Source: Candidatus Omnitrophota bacterium (GTDB lineage Bacteria; CAIJMQ01). Taken from it: a stretch of 64,000 nt of DNA. The stretch covers positions 244,289-308,288 of the forward strand of contig JAHJCU010000004.1 in the NCBI GenBank assembly GCA_018812925.1, read 5' to 3'. How positions within the stretch are numbered: the first letter of the stretch is position 1; each line of letters begins with the position of its first letter. A model generated the notes under the pieces. It saw only the letters and a program-made list of their open reading frames with translations, had not been told where the DNA came from and searched no databases. Positions 29,802 to 40,255 of the stretch are shown piece by piece. The translations under genes were made by a program, and so were the position numbers.

Positions 29802-30770
29802 TCAATATGGTTCTTGGGTGATAATGCCCGTTATAGACATCGGTATAGACATCGGCTGGGGTCTTTCAGGGTGGTTAACTATTACACTCCCCGTTAACCT
29901 CAAATTTTGATTAGAACGTATTACCCAACCTGTAGATTCCTGCATTTCCATAATTCCCGTCACAGAACCTGACATGTTGTACTGGATTTTCATATTACTC
30001 ATTTCCATTGGGCCTACTTCTTTATTAGTTTGAATCATTGCGAACACATCAATAACGGCTATGCCGTCTTTCCTTTCCTTCAATGTGTAAATAGAATCGA
30101 CAATCATCGGGAACCCCTGATTAATCTCAGTTTTTCTCTGCCAGGTGTCTCCAATACCAATCGGGTTATCAGGATACATATTGAATGAATTCTCTGTATT
30201 TGTTTTTAATGCTTCCTCACCATACTGCATTTTCATCTGAGTTTCCATAGCGACTCTCTCGGGTCCTTCTTCAGATAACTCATCAATTTTCTCCTCCATA
30301 CGTCTCCAAAGTGCATCTATCCCCTGAACTTCTTTTACATGTCCATCAGGAGTTATAGTTATTGTAAAACTTTGCCCCACGATAGCACCAAGAACTGGTG
30401 TCATAGGACCAACGGCAGTAGAGGTATCGGTGGAATCATACTCAACATTCCACCCAACAGTAGGATTCTCTTGTTTAAAAGAAATAGCGTCATACGTAAC
30501 TTTTATCACAAGAGTGCTGTCAGCTTGCACATCCTCCACAGTGTATATATTCTTCGCTCCTGATTTCTCTATTATTGTCATTGTTTGCTGTTGTCCCTGT
30601 TGCCCCGGGATTGTCTGTTTAATCTTCATCTCATTAAGGGTTCGCATTTTATAAGATTGTCCTTTTTCTAACCGAAGTTTTAAATCTACCTTCTCATCGG
30701 CATAGACAAAAGAAACTGCGACACTAAATGCCATCACAATAAACATTGCTAATATACGTTTAACTTTCAT
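29802..30770 (-). CDS. Secreted hypothetical protein (DUF6263-like), paralogue 1
   Basis: Same motifs; tandem duplicate. Confidence 0.75.
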   Translation of the reverse strand: MKVKRILAMFIVMAFSVAVSFVYADEKVDLKLRLEKGQSYKMRTLNEMKIKQTIPGQQGQQQTMTIIEKSGAKNIYTVEDVQADSTLVIKVTYDAISFKQENPTVGWNVEYDSTDTSTAVGPMTPVLGAIVGQSFTITITPDGHVKEVQGIDALWRRMEEKIDELSEEGPERVAMETQMKMQYGEEALKTNTENSFNMYPDNPIGIGDTWQRKTEINQGFPMIVDSIYTLKERKDGIAVIDVFAMIQTNKEVGPMEMSNMKIQYNMSGSVTGIMEMQESTGWVIRSNQNLRLTGSVIVNHPERPQPMSIPMSITGIITQEPY

Positions 30771-30957
30771 TAACTTTTTATCCTTTCGTATTTACGAGGG
30801 TACATTATGCCCCATCATAGTTAGAGGAATTATCCTCTTGCAAGTTTTTTTTATTATATTCAAAAAGTAAGGACTTGGCAAACTTTTTATTATCAATCCT
30901 TAAAGCAAATTGCATATTGCTCCCTAATCTGCGCTTTAGTATAATCTCATCGTAAAA

Positions 30958-31545
30958 ATGAAAAAATGGCAGCGTAATGTTTATCACTTAGGGACAGGAC
31001 TACTTTTCCCTATCGGTTATTATTTCGGAAATAAACCGGGAGCTGTAGTCACTATAGCAATTTTCTTTCTAATTCTCGTGGTTTTAGAAATATTCCGGTT
31101 TAAACATTCGGGATTTAATAAATGGGCATTTAAACATTTAAACCCTCTTTTCAAACCAAAAGAAAAATCTCATCTGGTAGGCACTACTTATTTTCTTTTG
31201 GGCACTCTTATCGCCGTAATATTTGCGCCGAAATATATAGCAATTTTATCTTTGACTTTTCTTGCCATATCCGACGTTGCGGCGGCTTTTGTAGGCGAAA
31301 GATATGGAAGGATAAAAATTTTCAATAATAAAACTCTTGAAGGCTCAATGGCTTTTTTCCTAACAGCTCTGCTTATCGGTATTGTTTTCATGCAACTGCC
31401 ATTGATGCGAACTGAAGGGCTTAATCTTCAATTGATTCTCTGGGGTAGTTTAACCGCAACTTTAGTCGAGCTTTTCTCTTATAAAGTCGACGACAATTTA
31501 AGCATTCCTGTTATTGCTTCACTGGTAATGACAATATTAGCTTAG
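30958..31545 (+). CDS. CTP-dependent lipid kinase / cytidylyltransferase family membrane protein (SEC59/DGK1-like)
   Basis: RNVYH, D..AA.VG..YG, KTLEGS, DDNLSIP. Confidence 0.85.
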   Translation: MKKWQRNVYHLGTGLLFPIGYYFGNKPGAVVTIAIFFLILVVLEIFRFKHSGFNKWAFKHLNPLFKPKEKSHLVGTTYFLLGTLIAVIFAPKYIAILSLTFLAISDVAAAFVGERYGRIKIFNNKTLEGSMAFFLTALLIGIVFMQLPLMRTEGLNLQLILWGSLTATLVELFSYKVDDNLSIPVIASLVMTILA

Positions 31546-32558
31546 ACAATTAACTCATTGCCGACTTTACGCGCGCGTTGGGGTTTATCTAAATTAACGC
31601 CGAGCGCTAAACCTATTTCAACTAAAAGATTCCAACCGGCGCATAAATAAACATACGGGTTCAGTTCACCTAAAGAAGGAACAAGTATTGTGGGGAAAGG
31701 TGTGTTTCTATTGGCGATAGCTATGACTTTGAGCCCAACACCCTTTGTTAAGACTTCCTGAAATTTTTCGATTTCCTCTTCAATCGGGTCAACGACAAAG
31801 ACGATATCATTTTTGTCCATAACCTCTTCAATTCCGTGGACGGCATAAGTGCCTTCCAAATAATCTGATTTCCTGCGGGTAATTTCGTTTGTCTTAAGGG
31901 TAAGCTCTTCTGCAACTCCGTCATTATAGCCGGCGAAATAAATAGTTGACGCTTTAGTAGCTGTTTCAACAATACTCGGGTCAATAGGCAGTGTAAGGGC
32001 TTTTTCAAGATTTGTTGCTAATTCCAAACACTTTTCTTTATTATTAACGCCTTTTATATTCCAGAGTATAGATTCATAAAACAGAGCTTGTTCAACAACA
32101 CTCTTCGTAGCGGCAACAGCATCTTCTTTTCCGCAGGAAAGAACAAATGTTTCCTTGCATTCTTTTTCTAATAGGGTGTTTTCATTAGCAGTTAAAGCGA
32201 ATCTGTTTTCATTTCCTATTTCAGCCAACTTCCTTGCAAGTAAAATAATTTCTTTGGTCCGCCCGGAATTTGACGCGCAGAACACTGCAAACTTTGATAA
32301 GTCATATCCAGCGGCTTGGCGTGAACTTTCCGTAATAATCTGAAGGTCTATCCCCGAAGTTAATGCTTTACGAATAGCATTCTTTGCTGGGAAAAGACGA
32401 CTTGAACCTTCTCCTGTTAATAGCAGCTTGCCTGCTAACTTGATTTTTTGCGCAATATCTTTGGTTTGTTCCGGATTGAAATCCTTTACGATTTCAACCG
32501 TATCCATCATTTCCCTGATAAGCGCATACTGGGAATATTTCTGTTCTTTTCTATTCAT
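31542..32558 (-). CDS. SIS-domain sugar-phosphate isomerase (GlmS C-terminal-like)
   Basis: GEGSS, SNSGRTKE, VAATKS, ELTLK, HG, NLDKP.RARK. Confidence 0.85.
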   Translation of the reverse strand: MNRKEQKYSQYALIREMMDTVEIVKDFNPEQTKDIAQKIKLAGKLLLTGEGSSRLFPAKNAIRKALTSGIDLQIITESSRQAAGYDLSKFAVFCASNSGRTKEIILLARKLAEIGNENRFALTANENTLLEKECKETFVLSCGKEDAVAATKSVVEQALFYESILWNIKGVNNKEKCLELATNLEKALTLPIDPSIVETATKASTIYFAGYNDGVAEELTLKTNEITRRKSDYLEGTYAVHGIEEVMDKNDIVFVVDPIEEEIEKFQEVLTKGVGLKVIAIANRNTPFPTILVPSLGELNPYVYLCAGWNLLVEIGLALGVNLDKPQRARKVGNELIV

Positions 32559-32585
32559 TAGAGATATCTTTCATCAAAGTTAAAA

Positions 32586-34829
32586 TTAATTTCTACTTTT
32601 AATTTTTTCTACCAATTTTTCGAATTCTTTCGTCTCTTTTTGTACTTGTTTTACAAAACTGTTGTCTTCAACTTTACCAATAGCAGCTTTCATTTCGGCA
32701 TCGTTTCTATATGTTATTTTTCTGAAAGGATTATCAAAATCCTTTTTGCGGGAAATATAAACCTGACGGTTGATATCTCCTTGAATTTTCACCGCTTTAT
32801 TTAAAGCCGATGCCCACTCTTCCTTTGTAAGATTATCTGTCCCCAGAAGACTACAAAATGTTGCAAAAGCGTGTTTTTGTTTTTCGAGAGGATATTTATT
32901 CCATAGAATATTATATCTTTCATGAATTTTTTCCCAAGTCAAAAGCTTGCCTGAACCGATATCCAAACGCAGTTTATCCACATCTTTTTGAGAAGTGAGT
33001 TGTCCGCCAAGATTTACCCACTCTGTTTCACGGTTGCAACTTAATTCTTTGCACATTGATGAAAATGGTGCCTTGAGGTTTGTTTGCATATAGTCCAATA
33101 GATTTTTTACGGCATAATAATGCAGCATATCGCCATATGCATGATATGCCTGATATACCTTTAATATCACAACTTTTCGCCCAGATTTTTCCATTTGCTC
33201 GCCTAAAACCTCGAACCTGTTTATTTCTTTTTCTGTCTCTGAAAAAATTTCGCGCCCGAAATGGACAAGTTCTTTCTCGCTTCTGCCTTCAATACCCATA
33301 TTCTGCTTTCTTAAGTTTGCTTTTGCAAGCCATATTTCCAGTAACCTGCGGGCACTAAAAATTTCTTCTATTGTATCGGGGGCAAGGAAATCAAACTCAA
33401 CGTTTTGCGTTTTGTTGATTCGTTTATCGCGGTCTTGAAACTTCCGCATATTTCTTGCCAAAGCGTACATGTTATATAGCCACCAAAACGCAGGCAATAC
33501 TTCTAATTGGTCTTTTGAAGTATTGTTATTGACAAGTGAAAACGGCAACGGAATATCAAGTTCCGCAGGATAATCTGCTTTTGAAAGTAATACAAAAGAT
33601 GCAAATCTACAGGAATGTTTAATGCTTGCGCATAATCCCGGCCAAAAACCCCTTCCTGCCTGAACTTCGTTGTCATTTGCTCTGCTGTTATGGTTTGAAC
33701 CGAGCGTGGCGCCTGCGGCAATATTGCTTTGCCCCATAACTAAAGACGCTATAAGAAAAGAATTGTTGTGATGTTGTTCGTGCGCAGGGAATATAAGATT
33801 ATTTAAAACTTCACAACAGGAAATCGTTGAGTTTGGCCCAAGGAAAGAATTAATTAATCTTGCACCGTATTTAAGACTTGAATTGTTGCCCAAAATAAAC
33901 CGAACTGCTTTACAGCCATAAAAAATATGACAGCCGAAACCGATGATACCGTTCACCAACTCAACACCTTCGCCTATTTGGGTAGATTCCTCTTCGGAAG
34001 AATTAATTGTAAGATTTTTAAGTTTGTTCGCGCCTTTAATATAGCAATGTTCTCCTATTTTGACATCTTTCAAGATACGTGAATTCTTAATTACGCTTTG
34101 ATTGCCGACAGTTCCGTAAAAACCACGCCGGGAATCGAACCCTAAACCAGAACCAGTTCGATTCGGGGCAAGACTCTTTTGTGTAATTTCTTTTAGTTTT
34201 TTCTGTAATGGTGTATCATCGCGATACTTTGCCCAAAGATAAGCATCGGCGGGTATCATACCGTCAAAAGGCAGAACCTTGCGTGAACCCGCTTCATTAA
34301 TCAAATCAAGCCAAACTCTAACATCTTCCGATTCGCCTTCTTTTATAATTCCGTTGCCGAATTTCGCATGATTGGTTGTATGCATTTCATTGATGTTAAA
34401 AAGTATGGAACGCTCCTCTATAATATAATGTGCCAGATAATGGACATTGTGAATTGCCACATCATTGCCTATATCGCAAGAGATGATTACACTGTTTGTG
34501 ATGCCAACTGTCAATTGTAAATCGTGATGTTTAAGCGCGACTTGTCGAATATTTCCAATACGAACAAGCCCTATAAATTTCGTATTCTTTATTTGTTTGG
34601 GTTCAAACTTATCCGTAACAAATATTTCGCCCCAATTGTCTGTAGTATTATTATTCTTTATCAGTTCTTCAATTTCGTTTTTCTTAAGATGTCTGTATCG
34701 TGTTTTGGGGAATAATTTTCGTGCTTGATTTTTGCGAAGATAATATTCATCTTTGCCCTTAGGAAGATATTTCTTTGGAATAAAATTCCGACCGATATTT
34801 TTCGCACTTAGAATCGAAATATTGTCCAT
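32586..34829 (-). CDS. DUF4954-like protein with hexapeptide (left-handed beta-helix) repeats
   Basis: GEGVELVNG, STISCCEV, HEQHHNNSFL, GSNHNSRAND. Start at ATG 34829 avoids overlap with the upstream gene. Confidence 0.8.
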   Translation of the reverse strand: MDNISILSAKNIGRNFIPKKYLPKGKDEYYLRKNQARKLFPKTRYRHLKKNEIEELIKNNNTTDNWGEIFVTDKFEPKQIKNTKFIGLVRIGNIRQVALKHHDLQLTVGITNSVIISCDIGNDVAIHNVHYLAHYIIEERSILFNINEMHTTNHAKFGNGIIKEGESEDVRVWLDLINEAGSRKVLPFDGMIPADAYLWAKYRDDTPLQKKLKEITQKSLAPNRTGSGLGFDSRRGFYGTVGNQSVIKNSRILKDVKIGEHCYIKGANKLKNLTINSSEEESTQIGEGVELVNGIIGFGCHIFYGCKAVRFILGNNSSLKYGARLINSFLGPNSTISCCEVLNNLIFPAHEQHHNNSFLIASLVMGQSNIAAGATLGSNHNSRANDNEVQAGRGFWPGLCASIKHSCRFASFVLLSKADYPAELDIPLPFSLVNNNTSKDQLEVLPAFWWLYNMYALARNMRKFQDRDKRINKTQNVEFDFLAPDTIEEIFSARRLLEIWLAKANLRKQNMGIEGRSEKELVHFGREIFSETEKEINRFEVLGEQMEKSGRKVVILKVYQAYHAYGDMLHYYAVKNLLDYMQTNLKAPFSSMCKELSCNRETEWVNLGGQLTSQKDVDKLRLDIGSGKLLTWEKIHERYNILWNKYPLEKQKHAFATFCSLLGTDNLTKEEWASALNKAVKIQGDINRQVYISRKKDFDNPFRKITYRNDAEMKAAIGKVEDNSFVKQVQKETKEFEKLVEKIKSRN

Positions 34830-34860
34830 ATTTCTTGCATCCCTTCTGTTTAGCTTAGAA

Positions 34861-35343
34861 TTATAATCTTTCCCAACGAATTTTACTTCCCTCTTTAATC
34901 CCATATTGTTCGGCAAAACCAGCTTTCACCTCAACAACATATTTTGCAGAACCTTTTGAGCTATAGAGCTGGTCGGACATAGGTATAGTTTGTTTTGCGA
35001 TATTTACTATACTATAATCTTCATCCACAAAAACCATATCAAGTGAGGTCGGTGTATTTCTCATCCAGAAATTCCGCGGTTTAACATCCTTAAATATAAA
35101 TAACATTCCGCCTGAGAAATCCGGCAACTCTCTATTCATTAGCCCCATTCTTCTACTCTGGGGAGTGTCTGCAATTTCAATATTGATGGAAACAATTACA
35201 GAACTATCATCTCGCATAAAATCCAATCTGCCGTCTTTACGAATAGTATCTATTGGAGTAGCTTCTAAAGACGCATAACTTGTTAGAAGAAACAACACCA
35301 ACACTAACGAAGAAAAATATTTAAACAAAAATTGTCCTTTCAC
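34861..35343 (-). CDS. DUF192-family secreted protein
   Basis: EIADT...GLM.R, GMLF.F, FWMRNT...LDM.F, YVVEV.AG. Confidence 0.9.
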   Translation of the reverse strand: MKGQFLFKYFSSLVLVLFLLTSYASLEATPIDTIRKDGRLDFMRDDSSVIVSINIEIADTPQSRRMGLMNRELPDFSGGMLFIFKDVKPRNFWMRNTPTSLDMVFVDEDYSIVNIAKQTIPMSDQLYSSKGSAKYVVEVKAGFAEQYGIKEGSKIRWERL

Positions 35344-36530
35344 TTGTTCTGTTTCCCGGAAACTTTATAACCCAAGGCTTCTCTCATCACATAATAAAGG
35401 TCTGTATTATCAATCGCTCTACCCAATTTGTAACTTCCGGGACCCTGGCTCCACACAATGGTATCTTGAGCAGTATGGCCTTTACTAGTCCAACCCGCCT
35501 CTACAAATTCCCCGGCTTTGGCAAGACGACCATAAGGACCATTTACAGCAAAACCTCCGCAGTCATGGTCAGCTACAATAATTAATAATGTTTCCGACTT
35601 CCTCCTGGAAGATGCGTTAATCCAATCCAATGCCACCTTTACCGCTTCATCAAAAGCCAGAGTTTCAGTGATTTGATACTCTAAATCATTACCGTGATTA
35701 GCCCAGTCAACTTGAGAACCTTCCACCATCAGAAAGAAACCATTTCTGTTTTTCTCCAATAGAGCTAACGCCGCTTTAGTCATTTCAGGCAACCTCGGTT
35801 CTTCCGTGTCAACGGGACGGTCCTTTTCGGGAGTTAACGCATCATCGGCAAAAAGCCCAAGCAGTTTTTTAGCGCCGCGGCCTACGGCTTCTTCCATCTG
35901 CGACTTCGTATAGACTACAGCATACCCTTTCTCTTCCGCCATCTTAATAAAATCACCGGAAACACCGCATTTATCGGGCGTATCAGGATTGAATTTTTTC
36001 CTGCCGCCGCCAAACATCACATCAACTCCGGTTGCTTCAATGTATTGCCGCGCTATTTCAGTTTCACAAGAACGGGAATTAACGTGCGCCCCCCATACCG
36101 CAGGAGTAGCGTGAGTTATTGTAGAAGTAGCCACCAAGCCTGTGGCTTTACCTTTATACTTTGCTAATTCTAAGATAGTAGGATTATACGAACCATCTTC
36201 AGAATGATAGCCAATCTCATCATTATTGAATTTTTCACCGCAAGCCCAAGCAGAAGCCGCAGCAGCAGAATCAGTCACGGTGCTATTGGCAGAATGGGTT
36301 CGTTGATAACCGATATTCGGCAATGTTTCAAAATAAAGAGGGGCTCCGTTGGGCCCGTTTTTATAAATACGGGCGGCAGTCACATCAGACAGCCCCATCC
36401 CGTCCGGGATCATAATGATGATATTTTTAGCTCTATGGCTAATATAATCATTCGTCTGCGCAGAAGATAGTAATGGTATAAAACTTATACATATTAATAA
36501 GATGACGATTCTTTTAAATAACTTTTGCAT
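35340..36530 (-). CDS. phoA: Alkaline phosphatase
   Basis: Signal peptide; DGMG, VTDSAAA, HATPA, EGSQVDWANH, ADH, HT. Confidence 0.9.
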   Translation of the reverse strand: MQKLFKRIVILLICISFIPLLSSAQTNDYISHRAKNIIIMIPDGMGLSDVTAARIYKNGPNGAPLYFETLPNIGYQRTHSANSTVTDSAAAASAWACGEKFNNDEIGYHSEDGSYNPTILELAKYKGKATGLVATSTITHATPAVWGAHVNSRSCETEIARQYIEATGVDVMFGGGRKKFNPDTPDKCGVSGDFIKMAEEKGYAVVYTKSQMEEAVGRGAKKLLGLFADDALTPEKDRPVDTEEPRLPEMTKAALALLEKNRNGFFLMVEGSQVDWANHGNDLEYQITETLAFDEAVKVALDWINASSRRKSETLLIIVADHDCGGFAVNGPYGRLAKAGEFVEAGWTSKGHTAQDTIVWSQGPGSYKLGRAIDNTDLYYVMREALGYKVSGKQNK

Positions 36531-36574
36531 TTTTTATAAACCTCTAACCTAAATTATTTTCAACCTAATTATTC

Positions 36575-37543
36575 TTACTTGAACATCTCAATATCCGCGC
36601 CGACTAATTCGCCGGCAACATCTTCCATCGTTATGATACCGGCACAACTACCCTTATGTCCCATAACAAATAATAGATGCTGTTTGTTTTGAATCATTGT
36701 AGTAAGAGCAACCATAAGATTATCGGACGACTGCACGCGAAGCATTGGCTTCGCCTGACTTATAATTTGCTCCAAGTCACTGGTAATAGTCGGCAGAACG
36801 CCTTTCATATTCACATATCCGTAAATACCCTGAATATCATCGGTATTGCTTATCGGATAACGCGTATGTTTAAAAGTATTTGCCAATTCAATAACATCTT
36901 CAATTCTATCGCTCTTTTTAATAAACTTGACCTTATCGCAGGCAATCATTGCTTTTTCGATAGTCGTATGACTTAATCGAATTGTATTCGCAATTATATT
37001 TTCCTGCTGCAGACCTATCACCTTGCCGGCACGCGCCATTGAAGCAAAAGTTACAATGTCTGCGGTTGTAATTTGTTCGTGTTCTCTGTCTCGCCCTATT
37101 CGGCTAAACATCATTTCACTTAAACGAACAACGGGATGAAGCGTTTTAGTTATTATTTCCAACGGTTTAGCCAAATACGGCGCCAATCTATCGCGGAACC
37201 TTACACCGATAATTTTGGGCAGTATTTCCGTTCCTAATAGGATAACTAATGTGAAAACTGCGGAAAAAATCCATATTGCGTTTTTTCCGTATAACTCGAC
37301 AAAAGCAGCGCCAGCCACAGTTGCGCCGCCAGTATGAGCAATTGTGTTTAATATCAATATTGCCGCTATCGGACGGGCAATGGTTTTCTTCATCCTTATC
37401 CAAGAATCTGCAACTTTCGGCCTATTGTGCTTCATCCTATTCATAGTAAGAGGATTAAGACTAAGTAATATGGCTTCAGCAAGCGAACATAGGAATGAGA
37501 CGACAACAGCAATAACAACACTAACAATGAATTTGGTAAACAT
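36575..37543 (-). CDS. CNNM (DUF21)-CBS domain protein
   Basis: SFLCSLAEAILLS, AILILNTIAH, EILPK, HTRYP, GIITMED. Confidence 0.9.
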   Translation of the reverse strand: MFTKFIVSVVIAVVVSFLCSLAEAILLSLNPLTMNRMKHNRPKVADSWIRMKKTIARPIAAILILNTIAHTGGATVAGAAFVELYGKNAIWIFSAVFTLVILLGTEILPKIIGVRFRDRLAPYLAKPLEIITKTLHPVVRLSEMMFSRIGRDREHEQITTADIVTFASMARAGKVIGLQQENIIANTIRLSHTTIEKAMIACDKVKFIKKSDRIEDVIELANTFKHTRYPISNTDDIQGIYGYVNMKGVLPTITSDLEQIISQAKPMLRVQSSDNLMVALTTMIQNKQHLLFVMGHKGSCAGIITMEDVAGELVGADIEMFK

Positions 37544-37641
37544 AGTTTTCCTCGTTTATATCTAATTATACAGAAAAACAAATGAAAAGAAATCTGTCTG
37601 CCCCCACATTTTCGCAAAGGCAAAACTATGGGGAGATGAGT

Positions 37642-37884
37642 CTATCTGATAATACTTAACACAATATAAGGAACAAGATTGCACGCAAATATAAACATCT
37701 TAAAAATAGCTATACCCGCGTAATGAATAGAATCAAACTTTTCCACAGACATCTTGAACCATTTACTATGCATTCTGTAAATAAAATCATGCATTAACAT
37801 AAAAGCCAGAAACCACCACAAAAGAAGCCCCATATTAATTACAAAACACCACCCAAACGCCTGACGTATAGCATCAATCGTCAT
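37642..37884 (-). CDS. Small membrane protein (DUF6868-like)
   Basis: 80 aa; WC.VIN.GLL..W, H..WF, IHY, FK; SD AAGGAGG. Confidence 0.75.
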   Translation of the reverse strand: MTIDAIRQAFGWCFVINMGLLLWWFLAFMLMHDFIYRMHSKWFKMSVEKFDSIHYAGIAIFKMFIFACNLVPYIVLSIIR

Positions 37885-37902
37885 ATTACACCTCCTTAAA
37901 TT

Positions 37903-37984
37903 GGAACGTAGTTCCGATTTATCCCGCAGAGTATCGGAAAAATATCCCTTCTGGAAATTTTTCCGATGTCTTACGTCGCGGGAT
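37903..37984. repeat. Long hairpin repeat (family E)
   Basis: ATCCCGC..ATCGGAAAAAT...ATTTTTCCGAT..GCGGGAT; inverted relative of 58931-59034. Confidence 0.8.
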
Positions 37985-38094
37985 CCATCAACGTTTTAAT
38001 TACCCCCGCGGTTAGTTTTGCGAACACAGTGAGCAAAACTACGCCTGTCCCCGCGTCCAGATTTGCTTTGACAAATCTGCGGGGAGGGGTGTCA

Positions 38095-38301
38095 TTACTT
38101 ATCCTTTTCATACTTTTCCACAATCTTTACTAGAATTGAACATATGCAATAAATAGACATGCAGATAAGCCCCGTACAAATTGCCATTAATCCGTGTAAC
38201 TTTGTTTGAGGATTAACTAGAATAATCAATCCGCAAACAATAAGAACCGCACCAAAAACCCATGGACAACCAACATATACCAACTTTTCCAATTTTGTCA
38301 T
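38095..38301 (-). CDS. Small two-TM protein
   Basis: 68 aa, SD AAGGAGG, TGTATAAT upstream. Confidence 0.65.
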   Translation of the reverse strand: MTKLEKLVYVGCPWVFGAVLIVCGLIILVNPQTKLHGLMAICTGLICMSIYCICSILVKIVEKYEKDK

Positions 38302-38349
38302 CTCATTTCCCTCCTTTTAATTTTCAATTATACAAAAACCAAATCTGTT

Positions 38350-39567
38350 TCAACCCCCGCCTTTTCCATCTTTTTCCTTCTCTGAAAATAAAAGGCTTGG
38401 ATTATAGTTCGCATTACGCAGTGCTTCAACGAGTAACATATTGATTTCGCCGCCGGCTTTACTAGCTTCATCTCCGCCGATATTCATCATGACACAGGTT
38501 GCATAGTTCTGTTCAGGGACAATATGTACAATCGCATAACCACGAGATTGACTCTGCCCAGAATGCCAATAAACCGGACCTTTTGCCCAGTTTGTAGGCT
38601 GCACACGCCATCCTCCTGTTGTATAAAGCTTTCTTTTGCCCTTACCTATCTCAACCACTGTATAAAATTCCCTGAGCGTCTTTTGTGTGATTGGTAAACC
38701 TTCAGACTGCTTTGCTTGTGTTCCAAGCAGATGAAACGCGGCAAAGCGTCCAAGGTCAATTACAGAACAATGTATGCCTCCAACCGGACTTCGACAATAA
38801 ACAGAGTCCCCCGTTGGTGATAGGGGTGTGATTTTACCGTTGCGGAGTTGGTGATACCATGGAGCATCGATTAAATCTGGCGGTGTTGCCATCGGACCAA
38901 AACCAGCAGTATTCATCTTCAGCTTTTGGAATATAAGTTCATTGACAAAACTTTCCCACAATTTTCCAGTTAATCTCTCCTCCATACTTGCAACTATGAT
39001 TCCACCACCGCTATATATATAGGCACTACCCGGAATTGCTTCTTGTTTATCAGACAATGCCGCGGAAACATAAGCAACTCTCTGTTCCATAACGGTAGTT
39101 CCCCCTGCGTCTATATCTGCCTCTTTCATTGTGGGCTGATACGGAAGTCCGCTCGTATGACTTAGAAGCTGCCTAACCGTAACGTAGTGATAAAGGCTTT
39201 GATGACCAGGAAACATCTCAGGAAAAATCTGTCCTATTGTCGTATCCCAATCTAACTTATTTTGATCCTTCAAAATCGCGGTTAACGTTCCCGTTATCGG
39301 CTTTGTAATTGAACCTAACTCAAATGCATCATTACGCGTTACTGGAATATCTTCGCCCCATTTGCGAAGTCCAACCGCTGAGGCAACAACAACACGGTCT
39401 CCAATAACAATAGCAGCTGCTACAGCAGGTAACTTTCTCTTAATCCGTATCTCTTCAAGTTTCTTACGCAACAATGTGGGGTCTCTAATTAAAATCTCCC
39501 CACTAAAACAGGAGACAGTTATAAAGAAAATAACAAGGCAGAACAAAGAAAAACAAATCCGTTTCAT
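38350..39567 (-). CDS. Serine hydrolase, beta-lactamase/AmpC fold
   Basis: Signal peptide, GSITK (SxxK), LLSHTSGL, YSG, HSG. Confidence 0.88.
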   Translation of the reverse strand: MKRICFSLFCLVIFFITVSCFSGEILIRDPTLLRKKLEEIRIKRKLPAVAAAIVIGDRVVVASAVGLRKWGEDIPVTRNDAFELGSITKPITGTLTAILKDQNKLDWDTTIGQIFPEMFPGHQSLYHYVTVRQLLSHTSGLPYQPTMKEADIDAGGTTVMEQRVAYVSAALSDKQEAIPGSAYIYSGGGIIVASMEERLTGKLWESFVNELIFQKLKMNTAGFGPMATPPDLIDAPWYHQLRNGKITPLSPTGDSVYCRSPVGGIHCSVIDLGRFAAFHLLGTQAKQSEGLPITQKTLREFYTVVEIGKGKRKLYTTGGWRVQPTNWAKGPVYWHSGQSQSRGYAIVHIVPEQNYATCVMMNIGGDEASKAGGEINMLLVEALRNANYNPSLLFSEKEKDGKGGG

Positions 39568-39594
39568 TTTAAGACCCTGACTCTTTTTTGCAAC

Positions 39595-40035
39595 TTAAAC
39601 TCCTATATCCTCGCTCCAAAGCTTTGGATTTTCGCTGATAAACTTTCGCATCATTGTTATGCATGTTTCATCCTGTAACACTTCCACATCTACACCTTTT
39701 GACTTGAGATATTCTTCCTCTCCCATAAACGTCTTGTTCTCGCCGATAACAACCCGCTTGATACCATACAATATTATGGCGCCCGAACACATAGGGCACG
39801 GTGAAAGCGTAGTATATAAAACGCATTCTTTATACACTGATGCCGGCCGGCGCTTCGCGTTTTCCAGAGCATCCATCTCAGCGTGCAAAATAACGCTTCC
39901 TTTCTGCACGCGCCTGTTGTGCCCCCGGCCGATTATCTTTCCACTATAAACAATAACAGCGCCTATGGGTATGCCTCCCTCACTTAAACCTTTTTTAGCT
40001 TCTTCTATAGCCGCCTTCATAAATTCATTTATCAT
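39595..40035 (-). CDS. Zn-dependent nucleoside/cytosine deaminase
   Basis: HAE and PCPMC motifs. Confidence 0.92.
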   Translation of the reverse strand: MINEFMKAAIEEAKKGLSEGGIPIGAVIVYSGKIIGRGHNRRVQKGSVILHAEMDALENAKRRPASVYKECVLYTTLSPCPMCSGAIILYGIKRVVIGENKTFMGEEEYLKSKGVDVEVLQDETCITMMRKFISENPKLWSEDIGV

Positions 40036-40039
40036 AATT

Positions 40040-40192
40040 TTATTTTAACAAGACAATGCCGCTTACCACAGAAAATATTATTACTGCCCAATTATAAATG
40101 GTCCAAAAGGCATCCTTGTTAATAATCATACCCGCAATCGTAGCAACCGCTAAAACCAACAGCAACCCGCCAATAATCTTATTCTTTTTCAT
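40040..40192 (-). CDS. 50-aa two-TM protein (not in ORF track)
   Basis: MKKNKIIGGLLLVLAVATIAGMIINKDAFWTIYNWAVIIFSVVSGIVLLK; SD GGAGG 5-6 nt upstream. Confidence 0.7.
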   Translation of the reverse strand: MKKNKIIGGLLLVLAVATIAGMIINKDAFWTIYNWAVIIFSVVSGIVLLK

Positions 40193-40206
40193 ATTAACCT
40201 CCATTC

Positions 40207-40251
40207 AAGATTTGGGACTGTTTTTTCAATAATGTGTCATTGCAAGACCTG
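40207..40251. repeat. Cassette junction: motif Y (AAGATTTGGGACTGTTTTT) plus motif X (GTGTCATTGCAAGACCTG)
   Basis: Y at 40207-40225, X at 40234-40251. Confidence 0.85.
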
Positions 40252-40255
40252 CTTC

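Noticed and set aside
34128..34145. tRNA T-arm-like GGGTTCGATTCCC on the minus strand
   Set aside because: Lies inside a long CDS, with no acceptor, D or anticodon arms.
38350..39567. Bona fide antibiotic-resistance beta-lactamase
   Set aside because: YSG and HSG replace YxN and KTG; only a general serine-hydrolase call is supportable.
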